Below are positions 24,589 through 33,867 of a stretch of DNA of 64,000 bases, piece by piece. Position 1 is the first letter of the stretch; every line of letters starts with the position of its first letter. This DNA comes from a virus (lineage: Duplodnaviria; Caudoviricetes). The notes under the pieces were generated by a model, which worked only from the letters and a program-made list of their open reading frames with translations, had not been told where the DNA came from and made no database searches. The position numbers were made by a program, and so were the translations under genes. The stretch covers positions 1 through 64,000 of the IMG/VR virus record IMGVR_UViG_3300020577_011395; one strand, 5' to 3'.

Positions 24589-24990
24589 TTAGGCCGTGGC
24601 AGCGGCCTTTTCGGCCTTCGCCTTGGCGATCGCCTCCGCGCGACCCTTGCATTCCTCCGCGTATTCGTTCAGGAGGGACTGGGCGAAATCGGAATCCAGC
24701 GTTCCACCATCCGCCACGACCTTGAGCGCATCGGCCATGCGGCTCTTGAGCGTAACCGACGCACGCTCCTGCGCTTCCGGTTTTTCACCGGCGGGGAAAT
24801 ACCCGCCTTCCTTCCCGCGCCCGCTCTCGATCAAGTTGCAATCGACCGCGAGCTGGATATCCTTCGGGTGGAAATTCAGTTTGTATTGCAGGACACCCTT
24901 CGGGCAACCGCGCGCATTCTCCGCCACGTACTCACGAACCGCCTTGGAAATGTCGAGCGCCTTTTGGTTGACCTTGATCGTATCGCCCAT
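24589..24990 (-). CDS. winged-helix DNA-binding protein (Rrf2-like wing)
   Basis: LIESGRGKEGGY resembles the Rrf2 wing SxRGxxGGY; GC-rich codons; Ala/Lys tail. Confidence 0.6.
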   Translation of the reverse strand: MGDTIKVNQKALDISKAVREYVAENARGCPKGVLQYKLNFHPKDIQLAVDCNLIESGRGKEGGYFPAGEKPEAQERASVTLKSRMADALKVVADGGTLDSDFAQSLLNEYAEECKGRAEAIAKAKAEKAAATA

Positions 24991-25569
24991 GTTTCTATCC
25001 ATCCTTTTCATTCCGGCCTTTGGCCGTTGTCGTTAGGGAGTCATTCCCTTTCGACCGTTCTGTTGTCTCACAGTACCGACCCAATGTCAACCTGTGAGCG
25101 ATCTTTTTCTTTCCTTTGTAGACACCTTCGCTTGCGTTTGGTGGAGTCTGTTGTCTCACACTCTCTAGAGCGTGTCAACCCTTGTCTTTGGAGCCGCTTT
25201 CGTTCAGCGCGCCCTTCCGACCCATTGATAGTCTCACACTATGCCAAGGGTTGCAAGTGTCATTGTGTGTGGCACGATGCCTCGGCGCGCGGCTGGCACC
25301 AGCGGGCGGCTATTCTAGCATACCTGTTCTGGGTGTCAAGTAGCACCGGGATCGAGCCGCCAGACGCTTGACAAGCCATGACCTGCCTGCTAATATAGTG
25401 GGGGGGGTCTAAATGGCGGCTGAGCTTACTATAATAATAGTACCAGTATAGCTCAGCCGCCACCACTTGTCAAGTCAGCCGCCCTGCGGGCATAATGCCC
25501 CCGTAGAACGTGCTTGCATTCTTATCCACGTCCTGTATAGTGGGCACACACAAGCAAGGGAGACACAAA

Positions 25570-25785
25570 ATGGTTGACAGGCAAAAGATTTTGGAGTTAG
25601 CATCGGGAATGCGGAGCGGCAATAACCGTTTGCGTATGGGGCAGAGCATTTTCAACGCTGCTTATTCCCTGCACCCGGTCGAAACAAACCATTGTCAGTT
25701 TGTCAAGGGAATTGATTGTTTCTACAATGACAGCAAGATTGAAGCCTTTTTGAAGGTTTTGGAGGAAACAAACAATGTCAAGTGA
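25570..25785 (+). CDS. hypothetical protein
   Basis: GGAG RBS; RMGQSIFN...DCFYNDS pattern. Confidence 0.65.
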   Translation: MVDRQKILELASGMRSGNNRLRMGQSIFNAAYSLHPVETNHCQFVKGIDCFYNDSKIEAFLKVLEETNNVK

Positions 25786-25954
25786 AAACAAGTGTGAAGC
25801 CTGTGGGGCGGAAACGGATCATGGCGCGGTCAATGGCGACGGATGGGTTGCGCTTTGCCCGGAATGCGCTTATGCTATGGGTTCGCCTCCCGAATTGACT
25901 GCGGAGGAACAAAAAGAAATGCAGGAATGGCTTGCACTGAACGTTGACACCTAA
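25775..25954 (+). CDS. 59-aa Zn-finger protein (not in ORF track)
   Basis: GGAGG RBS; MSSENKCEACG...LCPECAY. Confidence 0.6.
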   Translation: MSSENKCEACGAETDHGAVNGDGWVALCPECAYAMGSPPELTAEEQKEMQEWLALNVDT

Positions 25955-26016
25955 CCCGCACTGTGGTCTAACCAATGGGTCGGAACACTCCGACCCACCA
26001 CGAAAGAGAGAAAAAA

Positions 26017-26271
26017 ATGTCAATCAAATCGCGTAAGGATACCGCCAGTCCTTTTCATGTTGGTGGCCCCGTTCCCAAAACGCGCGAACAAGTCATCCGT
26101 GAAAACTTCAATTACCGTATGAAGCAGATTCAGCAACCCACGAAAGCACTTGACATGTTGCGGGAAACAGGCTTTGGTTCCTACCTTCAGGTCGATTTGA
26201 CCGAAGCAGTCTGGGGCGAAAAAGAAAAGCAGCTTGACGCGCTTGACAACCTGCTTTCGACCAAGCTGTAG
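26017..26271 (+). CDS. hypothetical protein
   Basis: ORF downstream of a TTGACA site. Confidence 0.55.
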   Translation: MSIKSRKDTASPFHVGGPVPKTREQVIRENFNYRMKQIQQPTKALDMLRETGFGSYLQVDLTEAVWGEKEKQLDALDNLLSTKL

Positions 26272-26634
26272 CAGGTTGACAGACCCCGGAGAATCCGCTA
26301 ATATAGGGATTCAAAGGGGCGGCTGTTCGCGCACACCCTATAGGTATATCGTATCAGAGACAGCAGGACGAGTCAAGATATATTCTTCCCTATCGACAGG
26401 CAGCGTCCGGTGTGCTACTGGCAGGAATCCCTTGACAGGCTCCACCGAATTTGATACTGTATAGTGGGGGGTCCGTTCGTGCGGCTGGGATGCAAACAAT
26501 AAGCAATCAATAATACCATATCACAGCCGCCGTGCTCTGTCAAGAGTCGATTTACCCCACTGGTAGGGTGGTGGAGGGGCGCTTGACAAGTTATTCGGAG
26601 TGTTCTACTGTCACAGCAATAGGAGGCAACAAAC

Positions 26635-26901
26635 ATGGAAGCAAAACGGAAGTATGTCGTTCAACCAACATCGGCCGAAATGAGGGAAAAGAACCCTTAC
26701 AACCAATTTCAATTGGTTGCACTGAATGACGGAAAGCTGGAAACCGTCATTTGCTACGGTTACAGGGAAAGCAACCTGCAGGTAATTGCAGACAAGCGGA
26801 ATGCAGACCACGAAAGCACGTATGAAACCGTGGTCCGAAAGGAAAGGGAAGTCTCTCAGCCTATCACAGAACAGGTTGAAGCGCAAGTAGGGGAAACCTA
26901 A
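26635..26901 (+). CDS. hypothetical protein
   Basis: AGGAGG RBS; promoter TTGACA-17-TACTGT upstream. Confidence 0.65.
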   Translation: MEAKRKYVVQPTSAEMREKNPYNQFQLVALNDGKLETVICYGYRESNLQVIADKRNADHESTYETVVRKEREVSQPITEQVEAQVGET

Positions 26902-27274
26902 AAAAGAAATTGACATTCGCCTGCCTTCCTGCTAATATAGGGGAATGGCAGGCGGCTGCGTTTCACACTCTCCAAGTGGAGCCTACCAGAAAGGACGGCA
27001 AGCGTCAACAAGTATTATTCCCTATAGACATTACCCGTCCTCTTTGCTATGCAACATTATGGTTGACATAGGGTGTCAGGTTTGATATACTGGAGGGGGC
27101 TGGCACGACAAGCAAGAAAATATAACTTGACTTCAGCCTATAGGGATGATATAATAGCCGCCCGTTTGAAGCATATTGCACAAACACTGCTGCCCGACCA
27201 GCTAAACAGAGCTGGTCGGGCAGGGTTAGGGTCTATTTAGGTAGGTAACCCCGTTAGGGGAAGCTGCTGACAAT

Positions 27275-27570
27275 CAGGTTTAGGTTCCTCCCGCACCTTC
27301 TGCTGCTTCTAGCATGCTCTCTTTTGCCGTTCTGTTTCTGAACCCTTCCCACACCACACTCTTTGTTTCACTTGGGGGCCACTGTGTTGTCACGGGTCTT
27401 ATTGACATTGCCTGTGTTTGACAGTTTCGGCGCTTTGTAAATGAAACGGAGAGGGTTTGTGAGGGAAGGGCAACTTGGTTTCCCGGTGGTAGTTTCGCTA
27501 GCAATCCATTTGTGTTCGCGCCTTTGCTAGTCGGCGCTTTAATTGCCGGGTGGAATTGTGAACCTCCTGT
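27275..27570. ncRNA. candidate ~300-nt structured RNA
   Basis: closing pair CAGG..AGGTTC / GAACCT.CCTG; long internal stem CCCTTCCC..CTCTTTGTTTCA / TGAAACGGAGAG..GGGAAGGG; no convincing ORF. Confidence 0.4.
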
Positions 27571-27914
27571 CTATCTATGTTGTTTTTTGTTTCGTGCAAC
27601 CCGTCTTGCCCACTCAACATACAACATCCTGCCCACACGTCAAGCGACAGCTAGTGGCTTTACGCCCCACCGGGCGGCTATCTGCCACCCCCTTGACATT
27701 GACCCCTAATGTGGTAGGGGGTCTTCGTGTGCACCGATATTTGACAGGTCGCGTCATGTGTGTTAAAGTTCAAGCCGCCAGTATAAGGCTCTGGCGGCTG
27801 CTTCTTGTCAAGCACCCACCTACCACTACCTAATAGCCGCCAAATCAACTTGACAGCCGCCATTTGCCCACCCTCCGTATTGGCAGGGTGGGCGGTAGAT
27901 GGGTGAAAGTTTTT

Positions 27915-28091
27915 TTACTTGTTGGTATTGATGAAATTCTCCAAGAGGTTGGTATGCTCCACACGGGCGCAATTGATCTCGTTGTACACCTTCTCCAGTT
28001 CTGCATTCATGTCGTTGATACGCTCTTCCAGGATGGCCCGCTTCCTTTTCAGATCACGAAGATTGTAAACAGCGATAATGATCTTATCCAT
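27915..28091 (-). CDS. small coiled-coil protein
   Basis: AGGAGG RBS; heptad-like pattern. Confidence 0.6.
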   Translation of the reverse strand: MDKIIIAVYNLRDLKRKRAILEERINDMNAELEKVYNEINCARVEHTNLLENFINTNK

Positions 28092-28191
28092 TGTGTTACC
28101 TCCTATGCAGGGGTTGAGAGCCTGCAATCTGGGTTACACGTTGGGAGGGGCGATATTTTGCCCCTCCCTAACGCCCCTCACCTAGTAGGAG

Positions 28192-28611
28192 TTATTCCCT
28201 ATCATCGAGATAATCGTTTTTCGTTTCCATGTATTCCATGTACCATTCTTCCTCATTCCAGTGTTCATACGGGCGGGCCATACGCGCACCGTAGTGGGAG
28301 AGCAATTCTTCAATAGCACTCTTACGGTCGATCCGGGCTTGTGCGTCCGCCTGTTTCTTTTTGAGATGCGCAGCCTGTTCTGCCTCAGTCATTTCGGCCA
28401 TGAATTCAGCCTCAATCTCCGCATCCACTTCCCGATCCTCCCGCGAACGGAAGGACCGCGCCTCATCCTCATTGTGGAGGATGTTCCACTTGCTGGCGAG
28501 TTCCTGAACGATATCCTGCTTTGCCTGACAGACACCGCAGGTTTCGCCAGTTTCCTCGCACGTCTGGCAATCAGACGTGCCTTCAAAGACGACAGAGCGA
28601 TTGTTCGCCAT
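28192..28611 (-). CDS. acidic Zn-finger hypothetical
   Basis: CQTC..CGVC followed by a Glu-rich helical region. Confidence 0.65.
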   Translation of the reverse strand: MANNRSVVFEGTSDCQTCEETGETCGVCQAKQDIVQELASKWNILHNEDEARSFRSREDREVDAEIEAEFMAEMTEAEQAAHLKKKQADAQARIDRKSAIEELLSHYGARMARPYEHWNEEEWYMEYMETKNDYLDDRE

Positions 28612-29045
28612 GTTGTCCCCTTTGCGCCATAGGCGCATGAGAGTTTGCTTCGCCCATCCCAATGACAGGCAGAGCCATAGCTTTTGTAAACAGGTGTGGC
28701 TTTTTTCTTTTCAATGATCCTCAGCGACCACCTGCGTTCAGTGCGTCGTTGGTGAATGCATCCTACATGAGCCATCACAGGTGTCAAGCAGCAGGCGTAT
28801 AAGCCGCCTTGTAGGCACCAAGGCGCTCCCACTTGACAGGATCTCCTAATATGGTAGGGGGTCTTCACACGTACCAATATTTGACAAGTCGTGTGGGGTT
28901 TGTTAGAATTCAAGCCGCCGTATATAAAGAGCGGCGGCTGCTAACCAAGTCAAATGCCCCTATCCCCCTCCTATCAGCCGCCTAATAGTTGACAGCCGCC
29001 TGTGACCCCACCCTATCTAAGCGGTGGGGTCGGTAATGGGTTTGA

Positions 29046-29288
29046 CTACCAAGAACCGTATCGAATTGTCCCCCGGTTATAGAGAGCGGTGATACGCTCT
29101 TTCAAAACCGGTTTGACTTTCAACCATTCCTCCTCGGGGATATCGTTGTATTCCCAAGTGAAGTTACCGAACGACGCCGAAACGTGTTCGCGGGTTGGAA
29201 GGCCAGTACCTTTGATGACATCACCGATCAAATCACTGGGTCGGGGATATCCTGGTTCGCAGTCCAACTCAATCGTCTGAACAGCCAT
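29046..29288 (-). CDS. hypothetical protein
   Basis: AGGAGG RBS before MAVQTIELDC. Confidence 0.65.
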   Translation of the reverse strand: MAVQTIELDCEPGYPRPSDLIGDVIKGTGLPTREHVSASFGNFTWEYNDIPEEEWLKVKPVLKERITALYNRGTIRYGSW

Positions 29289-29427
29289 CGTACTACCTCC
29301 TAGGACAGGGCGCTCACAATGATAATAGTCAGGATGACCACCATCACAAACAATTCGATTGCATCTTCGATCATTGTTCCTCCGTGCCCCACCGCCTATC
29401 GTAGCACGGTGGGGCATTCAGGGTTGA

Positions 29428-29748
29428 CTACTTGCTGAGGAAGTTTTTAACGGCCTTCACAGTCGAAACGTGGGGGCGATTGATCTTGACATTCAGCACA
29501 CCCGGCGAGTGCCGGGTGAACTCGATTCGGTGGTTCATCGCGCTAACCACCGTTGCTTTCCGCCCGTTGATGAAGATTGCAAAACCCTTACCCGACCGCA
29601 CCACCGGATCGGGGTATTCCCGGTCAATGAATTCCTGAATGAACTCAACCGCCTTCCCGGTATCCATTGACCAGTAGATCGAAAAGAGAAAAGCGATTCC
29701 CGACAGGTTCATCGGGTAGGACCACTGCGTCATACGCTTGCCCTTCAT
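29428..29748 (-). CDS. hypothetical protein
   Basis: GAGG RBS. Confidence 0.6.
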   Translation of the reverse strand: MKGKRMTQWSYPMNLSGIAFLFSIYWSMDTGKAVEFIQEFIDREYPDPVVRSGKGFAIFINGRKATVVSAMNHRIEFTRHSPGVLNVKINRPHVSTVKAVKNFLSK

Positions 29749-29857
29749 GGTACACCTCTTAGGGGAATAGTCCCCCTTGTATCCCTGCCTGAATGGTCAG
29801 GGAATGTTGGAATCTTTTTCTTTGTTTGTCTGCTATTGCCTAGGTGGGCGGTTAGGG

Positions 29858-30187
29858 TTAGTCGTAGAACGGCTTTTCAAGCGGGAGGTATGCTCCCTTA
29901 TCTTCCCCGATCACCCATTCCTCTCCCTTGCAGGCCATGAGTTTAATGAAGTAAAGCAATTTCGCAACCTTGATCCCTGCCTTGGGATCACGCGGGTCAA
30001 TCACAACCCCGTGGCCCAATCGTTCATAGGTGTCATAGTACCAACCCCCTTCCTCCGGGCCACCATATGCACGGCCCATCAAATAGCAGGCGAGACGGGT
30101 CTTACGGGTCGGAATAACACCCCAAACCCTTTTCTTTTCTTTCCACTTAGTACCGGGGAGGGTAAACATCCCCACAAGTTTTGCCAT
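29858..30187 (-). CDS. hypothetical protein with YGGPEEGGWYY motif, flanked by a 28-bp inverted repeat
   Basis: ORF; inverted repeat 29824-29851 / 30196-30223. Confidence 0.65.
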   Translation of the reverse strand: MAKLVGMFTLPGTKWKEKKRVWGVIPTRKTRLACYLMGRAYGGPEEGGWYYDTYERLGHGVVIDPRDPKAGIKVAKLLYFIKLMACKGEEWVIGEDKGAYLPLEKPFYD

Positions 30188-30266
30188 TTGATACTCTGCC
30201 CACCTAGGCAATAACAGACAAACTTTCTACCAGTGCCTTTGCCCGACCATCGCGGTTAGTTGTTTA

Positions 30267-30515
30267 TTAGTAGCAATCCGCTGAAAGCGTAACCTTCAAT
30301 CCGCTTTCGTGTTCCAATTCCCTTGTCACTTGGGTGACAAGCTCCATCCGCCCAAACCTTTCGACAAGCGTTGAACCGCTTTTCACTCGCAGGCCGACGC
30401 CCATCAATCCAACCGTTGCAGTTTCGAGACGTTGCAAACCTTCCTCCATTGTGCAGAAGGTGGTGCGGACATTTTCCTTACCCCGAAAGACCATCCTGGA
30501 AACAAACTTTGCCAT
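30267..30515 (-). CDS. hypothetical protein flanked by a 27-bp inverted repeat
   Basis: GAGG RBS; inverted repeat 30227-30253 / 30529-30555. Confidence 0.6.
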   Translation of the reverse strand: MAKFVSRMVFRGKENVRTTFCTMEEGLQRLETATVGLMGVGLRVKSGSTLVERFGRMELVTQVTRELEHESGLKVTLSADCY

Positions 30516-31006
30516 GAGCATTCCTCTGGCAATGGTCGGGCAAAGACACTGGTAGCTATTCACTTGTCAAGGATCTCAAGGACCGCCTTGGTGCAGCGCG
30601 TCGTTTGATGAATGAATCATACACTAACCATTCAAGGTGTCAAGCAAGGTTGAACCTTTTGTTTGTGCAAGCCGCTTTGTTTTGTTTGCAACAGCCGCAA
30701 CCAAACCACTTGACCTAGCGCGTCGTTTGTGTTATTGACCCCTCCCCCTCTCCCCTAGGGGTTGACAGGGGGGCGGAAATCATGTAAGATGAAAAAGCGC
30801 TTTTTCGGGAAGGAAGAGCATAGGTCGTTCTTAAACCCCGTCCCAATTTTCAAGATTTTTTTTATTGCCTATATGCAGCCTCGTTATCCCTTCCAATTTT
30901 ACAGTTTTTTTATTGCCCCTATACAACCCCTTCCATCCTTGCTACCCTATCATAGTTTGCTACCCTTGTCTCCCTATCAAATATTAAAAAAACAATATTG
31001 TTCTGC

Positions 31007-31035
31007 TTGACTCCCTTTATTACCTGGGCTATGGT
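31007..31035 (+). promoter_or_regulatory. sigma70-type promoter
   Basis: TTGACT-17-TATGGT. Confidence 0.6.
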
Positions 31036-31064
31036 GACAGTTCAGTGGAGGTGTTTTATTTATC

Positions 31065-32735
31065 ATGGTGTATATTAAAGATATTAAACCGGGCGTTATA
31101 CTTGCTAACGGAGCTGTCCAGATTTTAATACTCAAAAAGGTAAAACAACAATATTCTCAGCTTTTAAAAGTTAAAGTCATAAGACAAGCTGTTTATGAAT
31201 TTTCTTATAATCGCGTTACAGATTATACACTTATTATCAATAAGGGTGAAAAGACAATATTGGGAGATTGGGAGGTATTATGTTAACACAAGATGACTTG
31301 AAGGCTGGCAGTATTGTTGAGTGTGTTGTTTTAAACAAAACTTATCGTTTACTTGCTTTAAAAGACGCTAGTGTTATGAATAAAGACACAACTGCTTTTA
31401 TTTTATCTATCATGTGGATTACACCAGATTTTGGTGATATAGTCCCTAGATATGTGCTGCATCAATACCCGGCTATTAATTGGACCAAACTATGCTAAAA
31501 TGTAAAGAAATCAAAGCTGGCAGCATATTGCAGTATCGCAATAATGATGGAGAACACTTTATAGCTCTTATTTTGCAGAGAATAAAAAAAACAAAAAATG
31601 GTGTTTCTGTAAAAATTATGTGGTTAGACCAAGCAATGTATGGCAGGATAGACAATAAAGTTATATTTAATGAAGCTGAACTTTTAGATTGGACACTATT
31701 ATGTTAAAACTTGAAGATATTAAAGCTGGTAATATACTTTGTTTACAAAGCGTAAATACTTATAAATTAATTGTTCTTAAAGATCTTAAGTTCCAAGATG
31801 TTCATGGTAATTTCTTGACAAATATCATGTGGCTTGATGATCAAAAATATGTTAGAGACTATGTATTTTTCAATACTGAAAAAAGCTTGTGGACCAAATT
31901 ATGCTAAAAATAAAAGATATAAAAGTAGGCGATCTGCTTAATTATGCACGTGCAGGAGCACACATGATGGTTGTTCTTGAAAAACCTAGAGATGTTGGCT
32001 ATTGTTATTCTGGAAGTATCATGTGGTTAAGCAATCAAATATGTGTTAAAGACTATTGTTTTTTTTAAATCTCATGAAAACCTGTGGAACAAAATATGCT
32101 AAAATTGTCTGACGTGAATGTTGGTTCTATCATAGAGCTTGCAAATGGCCATCCAACCAATAAGATTGTCATCTTGCAAGAATTTAAAAGATCGGATATT
32201 TCCAGACATATACCAGATAATGAAGTTAGATATCATACTATGGCATATTTTTGCAATCAGTCTTTAGTTTCAGATATATACATTTATTTTAACAGAGAAT
32301 CGCTTGTTTCTTACACTTGGAATATTGTATGTTAAAATTTAAAAAAGGGGATCTTATTTGGATCTGTGATATAGACAAGATGGGAGTTGTTCTTGATGTC
32401 CTGAAAGATTATTATAATGTTTATTGTTGTGACACGAACAGAACAGAATTAATTTATAAGATGCAAGCAGCGCAGGTACAAGAGGTTAAAAAAAAATGAA
32501 TGATGCTACTGTTTTAAATGAAGAACAAAAAAGAATTTTAGAAGCCAACAAAGAACTTGTTTTTAGTTGTCTGCCAGGTTCTTTGTTCGAATATGGCACT
32601 CATCGCTTTGTTCTTTTAAAAAAAGTGAAGCACAGCAGGTATATTGTTTTGTACAACTATACTGTCAATAAAAGAATAAAATTACAAAAACATCTCGCTT
32701 GTTTATTGAAAGTTATTTGGGCTAAAGAAGAATAA
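31065..32735 (+). CDS. cluster of MLKxxDIKxG...WxxLC paralogues, one frameshifted (31901-32102)
   Basis: same subfamily as 20580 and 22103-22756; TATGYTAA coupled junctions. Confidence 0.75.
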
Positions 32736-32757
32736 CGGGTTTGCTACTACTTATGTT

Positions 32758-33279
32758 ATGACCCAAAATATAGCATTTATTGAATTAGTTGAAAAAATAA
32801 AACAAGAATTTCCTTCTTTTGAGATTATTCCAAAAGATACTTCCAAACATATGAAATTCTTATACAAGTTTGGTTTGATGAAATATTGGTGTCCAAAGTT
32901 TATGGATACTTATACAACTCTTGCTCTCGGCAAGTGCTATATGCCTGAATACTTGATAGGTTCCTATCAAGGCTATAAAGTGCTTAGACACGAGCTTGTT
33001 CACCTTAGAGATCAAAAAAAATTTGGTTTGTTTTTCACAATTTCTTATGCAGCTCTTTTGCCGACTGTTCTGACGATGAGAGCATTCTGGGAGTTCAGGG
33101 CTTATTGTGAAACATTGGTTGTTTCACATGAATCACACGGATACGTTCCGAAAGAACATTTAGAGTCGTGTGTCCAGCAATTTACTGGATCTTCGTACCT
33201 CTTCATGTTTCCGTTTAGAAAAACAATTAGAAACAAATTTATTCAATTTATTGACAGAAATAATATGAAGTTGCGATAA
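32758..33279 (+). CDS. HExxH metallopeptidase-like protein
   Basis: LRHELVH...EFRAY. Confidence 0.55.
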   Translation: MTQNIAFIELVEKIKQEFPSFEIIPKDTSKHMKFLYKFGLMKYWCPKFMDTYTTLALGKCYMPEYLIGSYQGYKVLRHELVHLRDQKKFGLFFTISYAALLPTVLTMRAFWEFRAYCETLVVSHESHGYVPKEHLESCVQQFTGSSYLFMFPFRKTIRNKFIQFIDRNNMKLR

Positions 33280-33285
33280 AAAAGC

Positions 33286-33314
33286 TTGACACACAGCTAT
33301 TGCTGTGCTATGCT
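33286..33314 (+). promoter_or_regulatory. sigma70-type promoter
   Basis: TTGACA-17-TATGCT. Confidence 0.7.
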
Positions 33315-33345
33315 TCTAAAATACCAGAAAGGTAAGATAAAATCA

Positions 33346-33867
33346 ATGAGAACCCTAATCCTAAATCAAAGCTATGAAGCAACTGGTACTATCGGCTGGC
33401 AGAAGGCTGTTGCATATGTATTTCTTAAGAAAGCAATAGTTCTAGAAGAATACGACCGTGAAATTCGTTCAATGCGCTTTTCTATGAAAGTGCCTTCTGT
33501 TATTGTTCTTAAGTCGCATAAAGTTCACAAGCCAAAAGCCGTTCGTTATTCTAGAAAAAATGTTTGGCTTCGCGATGAAGGCAAGTGCCAATATTGCAAC
33601 AAAGATGTTAAACTTGCTGACTTTACTATTGACCACGTTCACCCAAAAACAAACGGTGGCAAGACTATTTGGGAAAATGTTGTTACCTCATGTTATAAAT
33701 GTAATCAAACAAAGGCAGAAAAAACTGTTCATGAGGCTGGTTTGAAACTAAAAAAAGTTCCTAAAAAACCAGCTCATTTGCCTCTGATATCTGAGGTTTC
33801 TGGTTTTTATGATGAAAATTATACTCATCCAACTTGGAGCTTTTGGCTTGGCAGGAAAACACCTTAA
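33346..33867 (+). CDS. HNH endonuclease (McrA-like family)
   Basis: LILNQSYE...RDEGKCQYC...TIDHVHP...WENVVTSCYKCN. Confidence 0.9.
   Translation: MRTLILNQSYEATGTIGWQKAVAYVFLKKAIVLEEYDREIRSMRFSMKVPSVIVLKSHKVHKPKAVRYSRKNVWLRDEGKCQYCNKDVKLADFTIDHVHPKTNGGKTIWENVVTSCYKCNQTKAEKTVHEAGLKLKKVPKKPAHLPLISEVSGFYDENYTHPTWSFWLGRKTP

Larger units (their letters stand above)
27692..29040 (+). repeat. duplicated ~200-bp regulatory module (27692-27900 and 28832-29040)
   Basis: shared CTTGACA..CCTAAT.TGGTAGGGGGTCTTC..ATATTTGACA..TTCAAGCCGCC..GGCGGCTGCT..CCTAATAG..TTGACAGCCGCC plus a GC hairpin. Confidence 0.85.

Noticed and set aside
24571-25371. 266-aa and 146-aa + strand ORFs
   Set aside because: These are antisense shadows of the GC-rich minus-strand wHTH gene, with no RBS and atypical composition. 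The same applies to most overlapping ORFs in the island.
23400-31000. CRISPR array or integron attC array
   Set aside because: Repeats are short motifs with irregular spacing. There is no constant repeat-spacer period and no cas or integrase gene.
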